The translations under genes and the position numbers were made by a program. This document shows positions 18,946 through 27,909 of a DNA stretch of 64,000 nt, in pieces. Location of the stretch: NCBI GenBank assembly GCA_041650035.1, contig JBAZLY010000002.1, positions 15,436 through 79,435 of the forward strand, in the 5' to 3' direction. Each line of letters starts with the position of its first letter. Positions within the stretch are counted from its first letter, which is position 1. The notes under the pieces are model-generated. The model had not been told where the DNA came from. It worked only from the letters and a program-made list of their open reading frames with translations, and ran no database searches. The DNA comes from Candidatus Omnitrophota bacterium. GTDB taxonomy: Bacteria > Omnitrophota > Gorgyraeia > JABMRG01.

Positions 18946-19599
18946 ATGAACGATATAAAAACCAAATCCATAAGGACTATAGAAGAAAAGATGTCACACC
19001 TTGAGGAATCCGATATAAGACGCGGCATACTCGAATCCGCCAAAAGCTTTAAGACCTCATGGATAAGTTTCGGCCAGGCGCTTTACACGGTATGGAAAGA
19101 TAAATTATACAAAGGCTGGGGTTATGATAAATTTGAGGCATATACGGCAAAGGAGATAGGTATACGCAAACAAACGGCCGTGAAGCTATTAAGATCATAC
19201 TGCTTTCTGGAAAAGGAAGACCCCCTTTACCTTAAGAAAGATTATAATGATGAGGCTGATACCGCGCTGGTACCCAGTTATGAATCAGTTGATGTTCTGC
19301 GGTTGGCAAGGGATAAGAAGGACCTAAGTAAAGAGGATTACGCGAAAATAAAGAAATCTGTGCTTGAGATGGGCAAAGACGCGGGATCAGTCAAAAAAGA
19401 CCTGACAGCCCTTATAAGACAGCGCGAGCAGCTGCAGCCGGAAGAGGTATGGCAAAAAAAGCGCCTTACATTGTTAAAAAGATTTTTGACCACGCTAAAA
19501 AGCCTGGTTGACGAGGCAAGGGCGTCAAATATGCTTTCATCGAAAGCCATAGACGATCTTCAAAAGATTATAGACGGGATGGAGACGGAACTTTTATAA
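18946..19599 (+). CDS. hypothetical protein with possible HTH segment (217 aa)
   Basis: Clean ORF; FEAYTAKEIGIRKQTAVKLLRSY resembles a helix-turn-helix; otherwise no family assignment. Confidence 0.45.
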   Translation: MNDIKTKSIRTIEEKMSHLEESDIRRGILESAKSFKTSWISFGQALYTVWKDKLYKGWGYDKFEAYTAKEIGIRKQTAVKLLRSYCFLEKEDPLYLKKDYNDEADTALVPSYESVDVLRLARDKKDLSKEDYAKIKKSVLEMGKDAGSVKKDLTALIRQREQLQPEEVWQKKRLTLLKRFLTTLKSLVDEARASNMLSSKAIDDLQKIIDGMETELL

Positions 19600-19636
19600 T
19601 AAAAGAATTGTAATCTATAAACACACGGGGGATGAA

Positions 19637-19918
19637 ATGGCGAAGGCAAAGGCTAAGCACATTCTGGTTTCAAGCAGGGAAAGGTGCGAGAACCTAAAAA
19701 AACAAATTGAATCCGGTGAAAGTTTTGAAAAAATAGCCGGACTTTATTCGGAATGCCCGTCAGGACAGGACGGCGGAAATCTCGGTGAATTTGAACCCGG
19801 GCAAATGGTAGAGGAATTTGATGAAATCGTCTTCAGCGGGGAAATAGGCAAGGTCCATGGCCCGATTAAAACAGATTTCGGTTATCACCTTATACAGATA
19901 CTTAGCAGAAGCGAATAA
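19637..19918 (+). CDS. ppiC: parvulin-type peptidyl-prolyl cis-trans isomerase (PpiC/Par10-like)
   Basis: AKHILV...CPSG..GG.LG.F..G.MV..F, GPI.T.FGYH.I rotamase motifs; 93 aa. Confidence 0.8.
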   Translation: MAKAKAKHILVSSRERCENLKKQIESGESFEKIAGLYSECPSGQDGGNLGEFEPGQMVEEFDEIVFSGEIGKVHGPIKTDFGYHLIQILSRSE

Positions 19919-19933
19919 CGACAGGAGCGCCTA

Positions 19934-20902
19934 ATGAATCAAGCCAAGGAAATGCGCCTTAAGAAAACGAATATTGATAAATTCATCAAAGAAAAATGCG
20001 CCAATATATCCGCTATTGTAGGCGGCGCGGAGGCGATCAACGCACTTTCCGGCGGAGTAGATAGTGCCGCCGTCACCATGCTCGGCCATAAGGCGATAGG
20101 CAAAAAACTTAAGACATATTTTATAGACAACGGGCTGATGCGCCAGAACGAGGCGCGAATGGTAAAGGATATTTTCAAAAAACTCGGCGTTGAGGTCAAT
20201 GTTATCAACGCCAGAAATATATTTTTAAATGCCCTTCGTGGAATAGAAGACGCGGAAATGAAAAGAGAGGCCATATCGCAGACCTTTTACAAGGATGTAT
20301 TCGGCCGATTGGTAAAAAACAGCCATGCCCGCTTCCTCCTGCAAGGGACAATCCTGACAGACATTGATGAGACTGTCGCTGGGATAAAAAGACAGCATAA
20401 TGTGTTTGAGCAGCTTGGTATTGACCCTGAAAAAAGTTTCGGATACAAGATATTGGAACCTCTTGTCCGGCTTCGCAAGGACAGCGTCAGGTATCTGGCA
20501 AAATCTCTCGGTCTGCCGGAAGACATATATAACCGTCAGCCTTTTCCAGGTCCTGCGCTTGCCGCGCGGATCATTGGCGAGGTAACCGGCGAACGGATAG
20601 AACTGGCCCGGGAATCAACCGGCATTCTTGAACAAGAATGCCGCGGGATAAAGGCTTTTCAGTATATGGCCATACTTCATAACGACAAGGTCACAGGCGT
20701 AAGGGACGGGAAAAGGGCTTTCGGCGCGCAGATAGAAATAAGGTGCTGGGATAGCACGGACGCCAGAAAGGCCAAACCTACAAACCTGCCGTTTAAAATA
20801 CTGCGCAAGATAGCTGACAGGATAACATCCGAGATTGCCGGCGTTGTAAGCGTAACCTATAACATAACCACGAAACCCCCTTCAACCATAGAGGCTGTTT
20901 GA
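19934..20902 (+). CDS. divergent stand-alone GMP-synthase-like ATP pyrophosphatase (GuaA C-terminal domain / archaeal GuaAB-like)
   Basis: SGGVDS PP-loop, C-terminal KPPSTIE dimerisation motif; the XMP-binding [10 protein letters not shown] region is altered to DAEMKREAISQTF; a canonical guaA sits at 37887-39428. Confidence 0.65.
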   Translation: MNQAKEMRLKKTNIDKFIKEKCANISAIVGGAEAINALSGGVDSAAVTMLGHKAIGKKLKTYFIDNGLMRQNEARMVKDIFKKLGVEVNVINARNIFLNALRGIEDAEMKREAISQTFYKDVFGRLVKNSHARFLLQGTILTDIDETVAGIKRQHNVFEQLGIDPEKSFGYKILEPLVRLRKDSVRYLAKSLGLPEDIYNRQPFPGPALAARIIGEVTGERIELARESTGILEQECRGIKAFQYMAILHNDKVTGVRDGKRAFGAQIEIRCWDSTDARKAKPTNLPFKILRKIADRITSEIAGVVSVTYNITTKPPSTIEAV

Positions 20903-21267
20903 TATCAGCGCCTTAAATCCGGGTTCTTTTTCCAAAGAACTGCATCGATTTGTCACGCAGCGAAACCTGAAATACCTATTAAGCGTGCTGAAATTCAACG
21001 CGGAACATGGTATAATGTTTTTCAGGATCGGTTTAAGGACTTGCGCCCTTCGTCTCTCACAAGGCGTGGCTTATAAACTGGCAAAGGGGATTTAAGGCTT
21101 AAGGAGCGAGAAAAGGGGCCCATGCCGTTAGCATATCAGGCCGGGTGTTTTTAAGGATTTTTTGCGGAATAGACAGCCTTACGATTTTGATATAACGCTT
21201 AAGATTAAGGGTAAGGAGAAAAACCCGCTAAAGGCGCTTGAAATAGCGAAACGGGACAAAAGGCTTT

Positions 21268-22293
21268 ATGAAAAAAACTGATGTAAGAAATTTAACTCTT
21301 CAGGAATTGAACAAAATAATAATACAGCTTGGCCATCCCGCCTACAGGGCAAGGCAGATATTTTTGTGGCTTTTTCAAAAAGGCGCCGCATCATTTGACA
21401 TGATGACCAATATTCCGAAACCGCTCATACATAAGCTTAAGGATTTATTTTACATATCATCCCTGCGGCAGGGACAAAAACTTGTAAGCAGGGATTCGAG
21501 CATAAAGGTATCATTCTTGCTTGAAGACGGCCCTTGCGTTGAGACCGTTGTCATACAGTCAAGGTCGAGAAATACAATCTGTCTTTCGACACAGGCCGGA
21601 TGCAAATTCAAATGCGTTTTTTGCGCCAGCGGGATGAAAGGTTTTACAAGAAATTTGTCCCCGTCGGAGATACTGGGCCAGATATTGCATATCCGCGATA
21701 TCCTGCATATCCAGGCTACCAACTATGTGTTTATGGGCATGGGAGAACCCCTTGATAACTATGAAAACCTTGTTCAGGCAATCAGGGTAATGAACGATAA
21801 GGATGCCTTCAACATAGGGGCGAGGAGAATTACTATATCAACCTGCGGCATTGTACCCGGTATAAAAAGGCTTGGCGAATTTGACATGCAGGTCAATCTA
21901 TCATTATCCCTGCATGCCGTGACCGATGAAAAACGCTCAAAGATCATGCCTGTTAACAGGCTCTACCCGCTTAAAAAGGTTATAGATGCCATGGCTGGAT
22001 ATGCCCAACGCTCCGGCAGGCTAATCACCCTGGAATATATATTAATACCCGGGTTAAACGACTCTGCTTCCGACGCGGAGGGCCTTGCCCAGATTGCCAG
22101 ACAACTTAAATCAAAGATCAATCTTATACCCTACAGCGAGGTCACGGGATTAAGGTTCAATGTCCCCACACCGCGCGAGCTTGACATCTTTACCAGCAGG
22201 GTAAAGAAGGGACACAAATATATAACCACAAGACAATCCAGGGGAAAGGATATACAAGCGGCCTGCGGCCAGTTGGCGGCAAGGCGCCCGTAA
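21268..22293 (+). CDS. rlmN: 23S rRNA/tRNA adenine-C2 methyltransferase RlmN (radical SAM)
   Basis: CLSTQAGCKFKCVFCASG radical SAM motif, conserved C-terminal Cys, typical length. Confidence 0.85.
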   Translation: MKKTDVRNLTLQELNKIIIQLGHPAYRARQIFLWLFQKGAASFDMMTNIPKPLIHKLKDLFYISSLRQGQKLVSRDSSIKVSFLLEDGPCVETVVIQSRSRNTICLSTQAGCKFKCVFCASGMKGFTRNLSPSEILGQILHIRDILHIQATNYVFMGMGEPLDNYENLVQAIRVMNDKDAFNIGARRITISTCGIVPGIKRLGEFDMQVNLSLSLHAVTDEKRSKIMPVNRLYPLKKVIDAMAGYAQRSGRLITLEYILIPGLNDSASDAEGLAQIARQLKSKINLIPYSEVTGLRFNVPTPRELDIFTSRVKKGHKYITTRQSRGKDIQAACGQLAARRP

Positions 22294-22299
22294 TACCGC

Positions 22300-22974
22300 A
22301 TGTTCAGAATGATAGCGTTTGACATAGACGGCACCATAACCGAACATATCAGTTCATGGCAAATGATACATGAAAAACTCGGCCTATGGAATGACTTTGC
22401 CAGCCGGTATCAAGAGAGATTTTTGCAGGGGAAAATAAGTTATGATCAATTCTGCCGCCTTGATGCCGCCTGCTGGAAAGGTCTGCCGGAGGCAAGGATA
22501 TCGGACATATTCCACCCGGTCAAATATATAAAAAACGCTAAATCATGTCTAAAAAAACTGAAAAAAAAGGGGTTTAAGCTGGCGGCCCTTTCGACAGGAC
22601 TGCAATATACGGCTGACGCCATAGCAAAGGATGTGGGTTTTGATTTTATCCTGACAAATATCCTAACCGCGCGCGCCGGTGTTATGACAGGCGACGTAAG
22701 AATCAATATCTCGCATGGCGCCAAGAATAGGGCCCTGGGGCAGGTAATAAAGCGGTTTGGGCTTAAGCGAAATGAGGTCATAAGCGTTGGCGACAGCGCG
22801 GGTGATATACCGCTGGTAAAAAATTCCGGCTACTTTATAGCGTTCAATTCATCCAACAAGGCCCTTTCGGATATGGCCGATTACAATTGCAAGAGCGGGG
22901 ATTTTAAGGATGTTTACGATAAGATCATCGAGATAACGCAAGAAGAGATAAAAAAACACAGGAGAACCCCATGA
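22300..22974 (+). CDS. HAD-superfamily hydrolase (SerB-like subfamily IB)
   Basis: Motif I FDIDGTIT, motif IV GDSAGDIP. Confidence 0.7.
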   Translation: MFRMIAFDIDGTITEHISSWQMIHEKLGLWNDFASRYQERFLQGKISYDQFCRLDAACWKGLPEARISDIFHPVKYIKNAKSCLKKLKKKGFKLAALSTGLQYTADAIAKDVGFDFILTNILTARAGVMTGDVRINISHGAKNRALGQVIKRFGLKRNEVISVGDSAGDIPLVKNSGYFIAFNSSNKALSDMADYNCKSGDFKDVYDKIIEITQEEIKKHRRTP

Positions 22975-23753
22975 TAATAAAAACCCCTCTCGTAGTCTTT
23001 GACCTTGAAACAACGGGCACATGGGTGGAAAAAGACAAGATTGTTGAGATCGGCATGGTAAAACTCATGCCTGACGGCACCAAAGAGGAGTATGTAAAAC
23101 GCGTAAACCCCGGCATACCAATACCTGTCAATGTCACACGGATAATCGGTATAACAAACGACGACGTCAGCAATGCTCCGGCCTTTAAGGAAATCGCGGC
23201 GGAGGTTTTGGAATTTATTGGTGACGCCGACCTCGGAGGTTTTAACATATACCGGTTCGACCTGCCGGTCCTTGAGCGTGAATTAATCGAGGCGGGCCTA
23301 AGTTTCCGCTGGAAAGACCGTGGCATATATGACGCTCAAAAGATTTATCACATACACGAAAAAAGGGACCTTATGGCCGCGTACCAACTTTATTGCGAAA
23401 AAGAGCTTACTAACGCCCATACGGCATTAGGCGACGCCGAGGCCACGTTTGAGATACTTAACGCGCAAATAATAAAATACGGTTCAGAGAGGGAGGGCAT
23501 CCGCTCTTTAAGGGATATCGATTACGAGACATCCAGTTATTACTATGACAAAGAAAAGAAATTTTGCTGGTGGAACAGCGACCTTTACCCGTCATTCGGG
23601 AAATACAGGCGGAAAAAACATATAAAGGCTATAGCAAAAAATGACCGTGGTTACCTGGAATGGCTTGCCAGCCAGGATTTTAGTGATGAAGTAAAATTGC
23701 TCGCCCTAAACGCCTTGAATGGAAAATTTCCTAAACCACCAGATAACATTTAA
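22971..23753 (+). CDS. DEDDh 3'-5' exonuclease (DnaQ/epsilon-like) with C-terminal accessory domain
   Basis: Exo I VVFDLETTG, Exo II YRFDLPVL, Exo III HTALGDAEATFE; overlaps HAD stop. Confidence 0.7.
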   Translation: MIIKTPLVVFDLETTGTWVEKDKIVEIGMVKLMPDGTKEEYVKRVNPGIPIPVNVTRIIGITNDDVSNAPAFKEIAAEVLEFIGDADLGGFNIYRFDLPVLERELIEAGLSFRWKDRGIYDAQKIYHIHEKRDLMAAYQLYCEKELTNAHTALGDAEATFEILNAQIIKYGSEREGIRSLRDIDYETSSYYYDKEKKFCWWNSDLYPSFGKYRRKKHIKAIAKNDRGYLEWLASQDFSDEVKLLALNALNGKFPKPPDNI

Positions 23754-23776
23754 TAGTTTTTAAAAAAGGGGTACCG

Positions 23777-24355
23777 ATGAAAAATTTTTTCTTGGCCTTC
23801 ATACCGTTATTCGTTGCTGTTGACGCCATAGGGGTATTACCCATATTTTCATCGCTTACCGAAGGCGCGAGTCAAACCCAAAGGCGCAGGATAATTGTTC
23901 AGTCAATGATAACGGCATGCTGTTTGGCGATAGGTTTCATATTCCTGGGCAAGGCCACATTCAGGCTTCTGAATATCACTATTGCCGACTTTATGATAGC
24001 CGGCGGGATAGTGCTTTTTTCAATTGCCATACTCGACATCCTCAACCCTGAAAAAAAGAGGCGCGCGCCGGGCAGCAGCCTAGGGGCGGTGCCTCTGGGG
24101 ACACCGCTTATATCGGGACCCGCGGTCCTGACTACATCGCTTATTATGCTTGAAAACTATGGGCTTGGAGTCACACTGCTATCGGTTATAGTAAATATAG
24201 CGCTTGCAGGGGCTATTTTCTTTTTTTCAAACATTCTTATAAAAACGCTGGGCGTGGCAGGGTCAAGGGCATTATCCAAGATCATGAGCCTTTTGCTGTC
24301 CGCTATAGCGGTCATGATGATAAGAAAAGGCCTTATGGTTTTTCTGTCTTTATAA
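23777..24355 (+). CDS. marC: MarC-family (UPF0056) integral membrane protein
   Basis: 6-TM, conserved N-terminal F..LF..VD.IG..P.F motif. Confidence 0.75.
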   Translation: MKNFFLAFIPLFVAVDAIGVLPIFSSLTEGASQTQRRRIIVQSMITACCLAIGFIFLGKATFRLLNITIADFMIAGGIVLFSIAILDILNPEKKRRAPGSSLGAVPLGTPLISGPAVLTTSLIMLENYGLGVTLLSVIVNIALAGAIFFFSNILIKTLGVAGSRALSKIMSLLLSAIAVMMIRKGLMVFLSL

Positions 24356-24392
24356 CTTGGGCCGTGAAAATACCGGGATCAAACAAACACGT

Positions 24393-25031
24393 ATGGATAC
24401 TATTGTTCAGAAATTGCCTGACAACTGCAGGCGTAACATACATGAGATTGTTAAGCTTTTCGCGGAGATTGATATGCGGGTAGCTGATTTTGTCAGGATC
24501 ACCGGCATCCACTGCCCCGAGGGATGCGGGTTTTGCTGTAATAGCATAGAGATAGAGACAACCGTATTGGAGATGCTGCCTTTATCCGCCTGGTTGTGGG
24601 CAAACGGCAAGGCCGATGGGGTATTGTCTATGTTATCACGGACAAGCAATAATACTTGCGTTTTTTTTAACAAAGCTCCTAAGACGGGCGGAAACGGCCA
24701 CTGCACCATATATGGACTAAGGCCTTTGATATGCAGGCTTTTTGGTTTTTTTACCAATAAGGATAAAAACGGAAAATACACATACGGGTCGTGCAAGGTC
24801 ATAAAAGAGGTCTACCCGGAAACATACAAAAAATGCTTAAGATTGATAGAGGCAGGATATCACCCATCCAATATGACCGATTTCTCCGTCAGGGTAATCG
24901 CTCAAGGCACGGACTTCGGCCGAAAAATGCTGACTATTAACACGGCGGCAAAAATCGCGATTGAAAAAATCGGGTTTATGCTGTCGCTGATTGAAACCCC
25001 TCCGGAAACGCCAAACCCTCGGGCTGCTTAA
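24393..25031 (+). CDS. YkgJ-family cysteine-cluster protein (second paralog)
   Basis: CPEGCGFCC (CxxCxxCC); alternative TTG start at 24357. Confidence 0.55.
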   Translation: MDTIVQKLPDNCRRNIHEIVKLFAEIDMRVADFVRITGIHCPEGCGFCCNSIEIETTVLEMLPLSAWLWANGKADGVLSMLSRTSNNTCVFFNKAPKTGGNGHCTIYGLRPLICRLFGFFTNKDKNGKYTYGSCKVIKEVYPETYKKCLRLIEAGYHPSNMTDFSVRVIAQGTDFGRKMLTINTAAKIAIEKIGFMLSLIETPPETPNPRAA

Positions 25032-25051
25032 AAAATGAAGCTCATTCCTAA

Positions 25052-25450
25052 ATGAATATTGCCATATATAAAAAGAACATGATCGGGCTTACAGCATTTT
25101 TATTTTTTGGCCTTATTATTTTTTGTTTAATATCCCTGGCACGAAATAACAACAGATCCAACACGATTACCGTTAAAAGCGGCGGCACATTTACCATATC
25201 ACTTGCTTCAAACGCCACTACCGGGTTTACCTGGCAATTTGTCAGGCAAATAGACACAAACCTTTTAGGGCTTGAGGGTTCGCGGTATTTAAGCCCTGGC
25301 ACAGGCCTTGTTGGCGCGGGAGGCAGGCAGGAATGGACATTTAGGGCAAAGAAGCCGGGCAGGGCAGTAATATCTCTTGAATATATCAGGCCATGGGAAA
25401 ACGACAAGGCCTGTGCCAGGGCAAAGAATTTAACAGTTATAATTCGTTAA
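25052..25450 (+). CDS. chagasin/ICP-family (I42) cysteine-protease inhibitor
   Basis: NATTGFTW and GAGG motifs spaced as in the chagasin Ig-like fold; N-terminal TM/signal. Confidence 0.55.
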   Translation: MNIAIYKKNMIGLTAFLFFGLIIFCLISLARNNNRSNTITVKSGGTFTISLASNATTGFTWQFVRQIDTNLLGLEGSRYLSPGTGLVGAGGRQEWTFRAKKPGRAVISLEYIRPWENDKACARAKNLTVIIR

Positions 25451-25628
25451 AAGAGATGGTTGCTTAATGAGCATATGCTAATGAGAGGGTATTAAAAAAG
25501 ATAGAAACAAGCAATCGGACCAAATCTAATCATTCATAAACACGATTTAAGTCCATCAGAAAACCTGTCAGACAAGACTCAACTTCAATCGAGAACCCAT
25601 AAAAAACCCTTTTTCTGCCTCAATCTCT

Positions 25629-25656
25629 ATGTCCTATAATATATCTTATGTTAACT
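25629..25656. other. dif: dif-like XerC/XerD chromosome dimer resolution site
   Basis: ATGTCCTATAATATATCTTATGTTAACT; XerD arm TTATGTTAA identical to E. coli dif; about 23/28 identities to the Bacillus-type dif as I recall it; sits where the plus- and minus-strand gene blocks converge. Confidence 0.5.
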
Positions 25657-25896
25657 ATGCAATGTGAAAAACCCAGCCATAACCCATTATATTACGTAAG
25701 TTATAAAGTTATACATCTCGGTTGTGGATAATACCTAAATAATACCCCTAATGGCGATTAAAACATATCAAGTACTATCAGATATTACCTGCCTTTTATC
25801 ATTGTGGACACGCTAAGGTGATCGTATATTTAAAATTTTAAAATTTTTTTTTGAGCTTGAAACCGGAAAAAATAGCTTATTTTTTGTGGATATTTT

Positions 25897-27204
25897 TTAG
25901 CCGAGGTTTAGAAGCGGGATATTGAGGCGCTGTCTTTTGGTCTCCCCTTTTTGCAGGTTTTTTTGGCGCCAGGAAAGGCTGTTTCTTGGGTGGTTTTTTA
26001 AGCCCTTCCGCAAGGGGTTTTTTGATGATGCCAGATGGATGGTATGCTTGCCGTATTTTTTGGCAATTTCATCAATCATCCTTGAGACCTTTTCTACCTT
26101 TTCTATTCTTATCGCATCATCAAAAAGCGTCCTTTGATACTGCAAGTTTACGGTGATATCTGATAAGACAATGCCCGATGCCCTGTACAGCAGGCCATCT
26201 TTAAAGATATCGTCAAAAAGCCCTGCTAAAATATCTGCGAATTCCATCGTTGATGATGAATGACAGCTCAAGGTTGCCATGAGGCCTGTTGCCTTAAAAT
26301 CCTGCGTTTTTAGATATGCCAGAAGACGTCTCGCGAAAAGGCCGTGACGCCTTAATTTTATGCATGCAGACTCAAGATTTCTTGTAATCTGCGCCTTGAC
26401 AAACAATCTGTTTTTTGATGCCGGCGAAAAGGTCTTTGTCTTGCTTATTGATAAATACTTCTCTTTTCTTAATGTGTTGATTCGATACACATAATGCCCT
26501 CTAAGTTCAAGCCACAATTCCCTGCCTATTTTGCCTAAAATACTCTCCGCAAAATCTAAGGGTTTATTGATATAATCAAAGACATTATTAAGCCCATAAC
26601 GGCGTAAAAGCTCAACCGTATTATGCCCGAAACCGCAGACCTCCTCAAAAGAAGTCTGCTTTAAAAAGCAATGGATCTCATGGCCCGGCAATGCCTTTAT
26701 GCCGGACGGTTTATTACAGCCCGAGCAGAGTTTTGCAAGTGTCTTTGACAGGCTTAGGCCTATTGAGACAGTGATATCCAGCTCTTTTTCGATTCTTTTC
26801 TTTATTAGAAGCGCGATATTCTCATAGCCTGCGTGATAAAGCCTCCTCATACCGGTAATGTCGCAAAATGCCTCATCAATAGAATATTCCTCAACATCGG
26901 GGCTGAATTGCCTTAATATGGAAAACATCCTTTCAGAATAAATACTGTAAAGCTCATAATCACTTGGTATTATAATTGCGTCGGGGATAATCTTCTTAAC
27001 CTCATGCAGGCGTATACCCCTTCCAATGCCTCTGGCCTTTGCCTCATAGCTTGCGCAGGATACTATCCCCCTCTCTTTCCCCGTTATCACGGATTTTCCT
27101 TTTAAAATAGGGCTTCTGGCCTGCTCGCATGAAACGAAAAAGGCATCGCAGTCTACATGCAATATAGCCTTTGGATAGTTTTTAAGGGTTATGAATTGGG
27201 ACAC
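25897..27204 (-). CDS. Y-family DNA polymerase (UmuC/DinB-like translesion polymerase)
   Basis: LHVDCDAFFVSCE and YSIDEAF catalytic motifs; 435 aa; immediately downstream of lexA. Confidence 0.8.
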   Translation of the reverse strand: MSQFITLKNYPKAILHVDCDAFFVSCEQARSPILKGKSVITGKERGIVSCASYEAKARGIGRGIRLHEVKKIIPDAIIIPSDYELYSIYSERMFSILRQFSPDVEEYSIDEAFCDITGMRRLYHAGYENIALLIKKRIEKELDITVSIGLSLSKTLAKLCSGCNKPSGIKALPGHEIHCFLKQTSFEEVCGFGHNTVELLRRYGLNNVFDYINKPLDFAESILGKIGRELWLELRGHYVYRINTLRKEKYLSISKTKTFSPASKNRLFVKAQITRNLESACIKLRRHGLFARRLLAYLKTQDFKATGLMATLSCHSSSTMEFADILAGLFDDIFKDGLLYRASGIVLSDITVNLQYQRTLFDDAIRIEKVEKVSRMIDEIAKKYGKHTIHLASSKNPLRKGLKNHPRNSLSWRQKNLQKGETKRQRLNIPLLNLG

Positions 27205-27208
27205 GTCT

Positions 27209-27790
27209 TTATTTGTATTTTCTTATATTCGCGATAACCACACCGGCTATAATAAGCTCATGCTTAGGTATTATAGTGGGATACTTCTGATTTGCCGCCT
27301 GCAGATAGACCTTTTTGGCCTTTTGCTTAAAATATTTTAATGTCCACTCATTATCAACCCGGGCTATAACAATATCACCGTCTTTTGGGTCAAGGCCTTT
27401 CTGGATAAGGACAAGGTCCCCCTGATGTATGCCAGCCTCTATCATGGAATCGCCCCGGACATTTACAAGGAATGTCGCGTTGGGATTTGACACGAGATAC
27501 TCATCAATGCTTACAACATCCTGAAGCTCTTCTTCAGCGGGACTTGGAAAACCTGCCTGTATTGAGCCCAGTATAGGTACTGCCCTCATTGCCTTTTTAG
27601 GGATAAGCCGGCCTCTGTCATCTTTTTCCAAAAGGCCCGCTTTTATAAGAGCCGATACTCTTTTAAACGCGGCATTCTTTGAGCTTAAACTAAAGATAGA
27701 AAGCATTTCAGAATATGACGGCATTCTTTTTTTCTTAAAGTAAAAACCCTTTATCTTATCTAAGTATAATAAAAGCTTTTCTTTTTTCAT
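27209..27790 (-). CDS. lexA: LexA repressor (S24 peptidase)
   Basis: N-terminal winged HTH, Ala-Gly cleavage site (IQAGFP), Ser (GDSM) and Lys (VIARVDNEWTLKYF) catalytic dyad. Confidence 0.8.
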   Translation of the reverse strand: MKKEKLLLYLDKIKGFYFKKKRMPSYSEMLSIFSLSSKNAAFKRVSALIKAGLLEKDDRGRLIPKKAMRAVPILGSIQAGFPSPAEEELQDVVSIDEYLVSNPNATFLVNVRGDSMIEAGIHQGDLVLIQKGLDPKDGDIVIARVDNEWTLKYFKQKAKKVYLQAANQKYPTIIPKHELIIAGVVIANIRKYK

Positions 27791-27799
27791 GACAGGGAT

Positions 27800-27828
27800 A
27801 TTATAGTGAACGATTGTTCACGTGTCAA
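27800..27828 (-). promoter_or_regulatory. lexA promoter TTGACA-17-TATAAT with an SOS box (GTGAAC-N4-GTTCAC, Cheo-box type) filling the spacer
   Basis: Minus strand reads TTGACAcgtgaacaatcgttcacTATAAT, with the ATG 9 nt downstream; palindrome at 27806-27821. Confidence 0.6.
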
Positions 27829-27875
27829 CAAAAATATGCAAAGGCAACGGCTAAAGGCCCCGGCTACTTAACTCT

Positions 27876-27903
27876 TTGACATTTCTGCCGCTTTTGCTAT
27901 AAT
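27876..27903 (+). promoter_or_regulatory. divergent sigma70 promoter TTGACA-16-TATAAT for dus (leaderless mRNA implied)
   Basis: TTGACA 27876-27881, TATAAT 27898-27903, ATG at 27910. Confidence 0.45.
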
Positions 27904-27909
27904 CATGCC

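Noticed and set aside
25451-25896. AT-rich island as a horizontally acquired or mobile-element scar
   Set aside because: No integrase, transposase, tRNA or direct repeats were found. The strand-switch position and dif-like 28-mer explain the island better as a terminus region.
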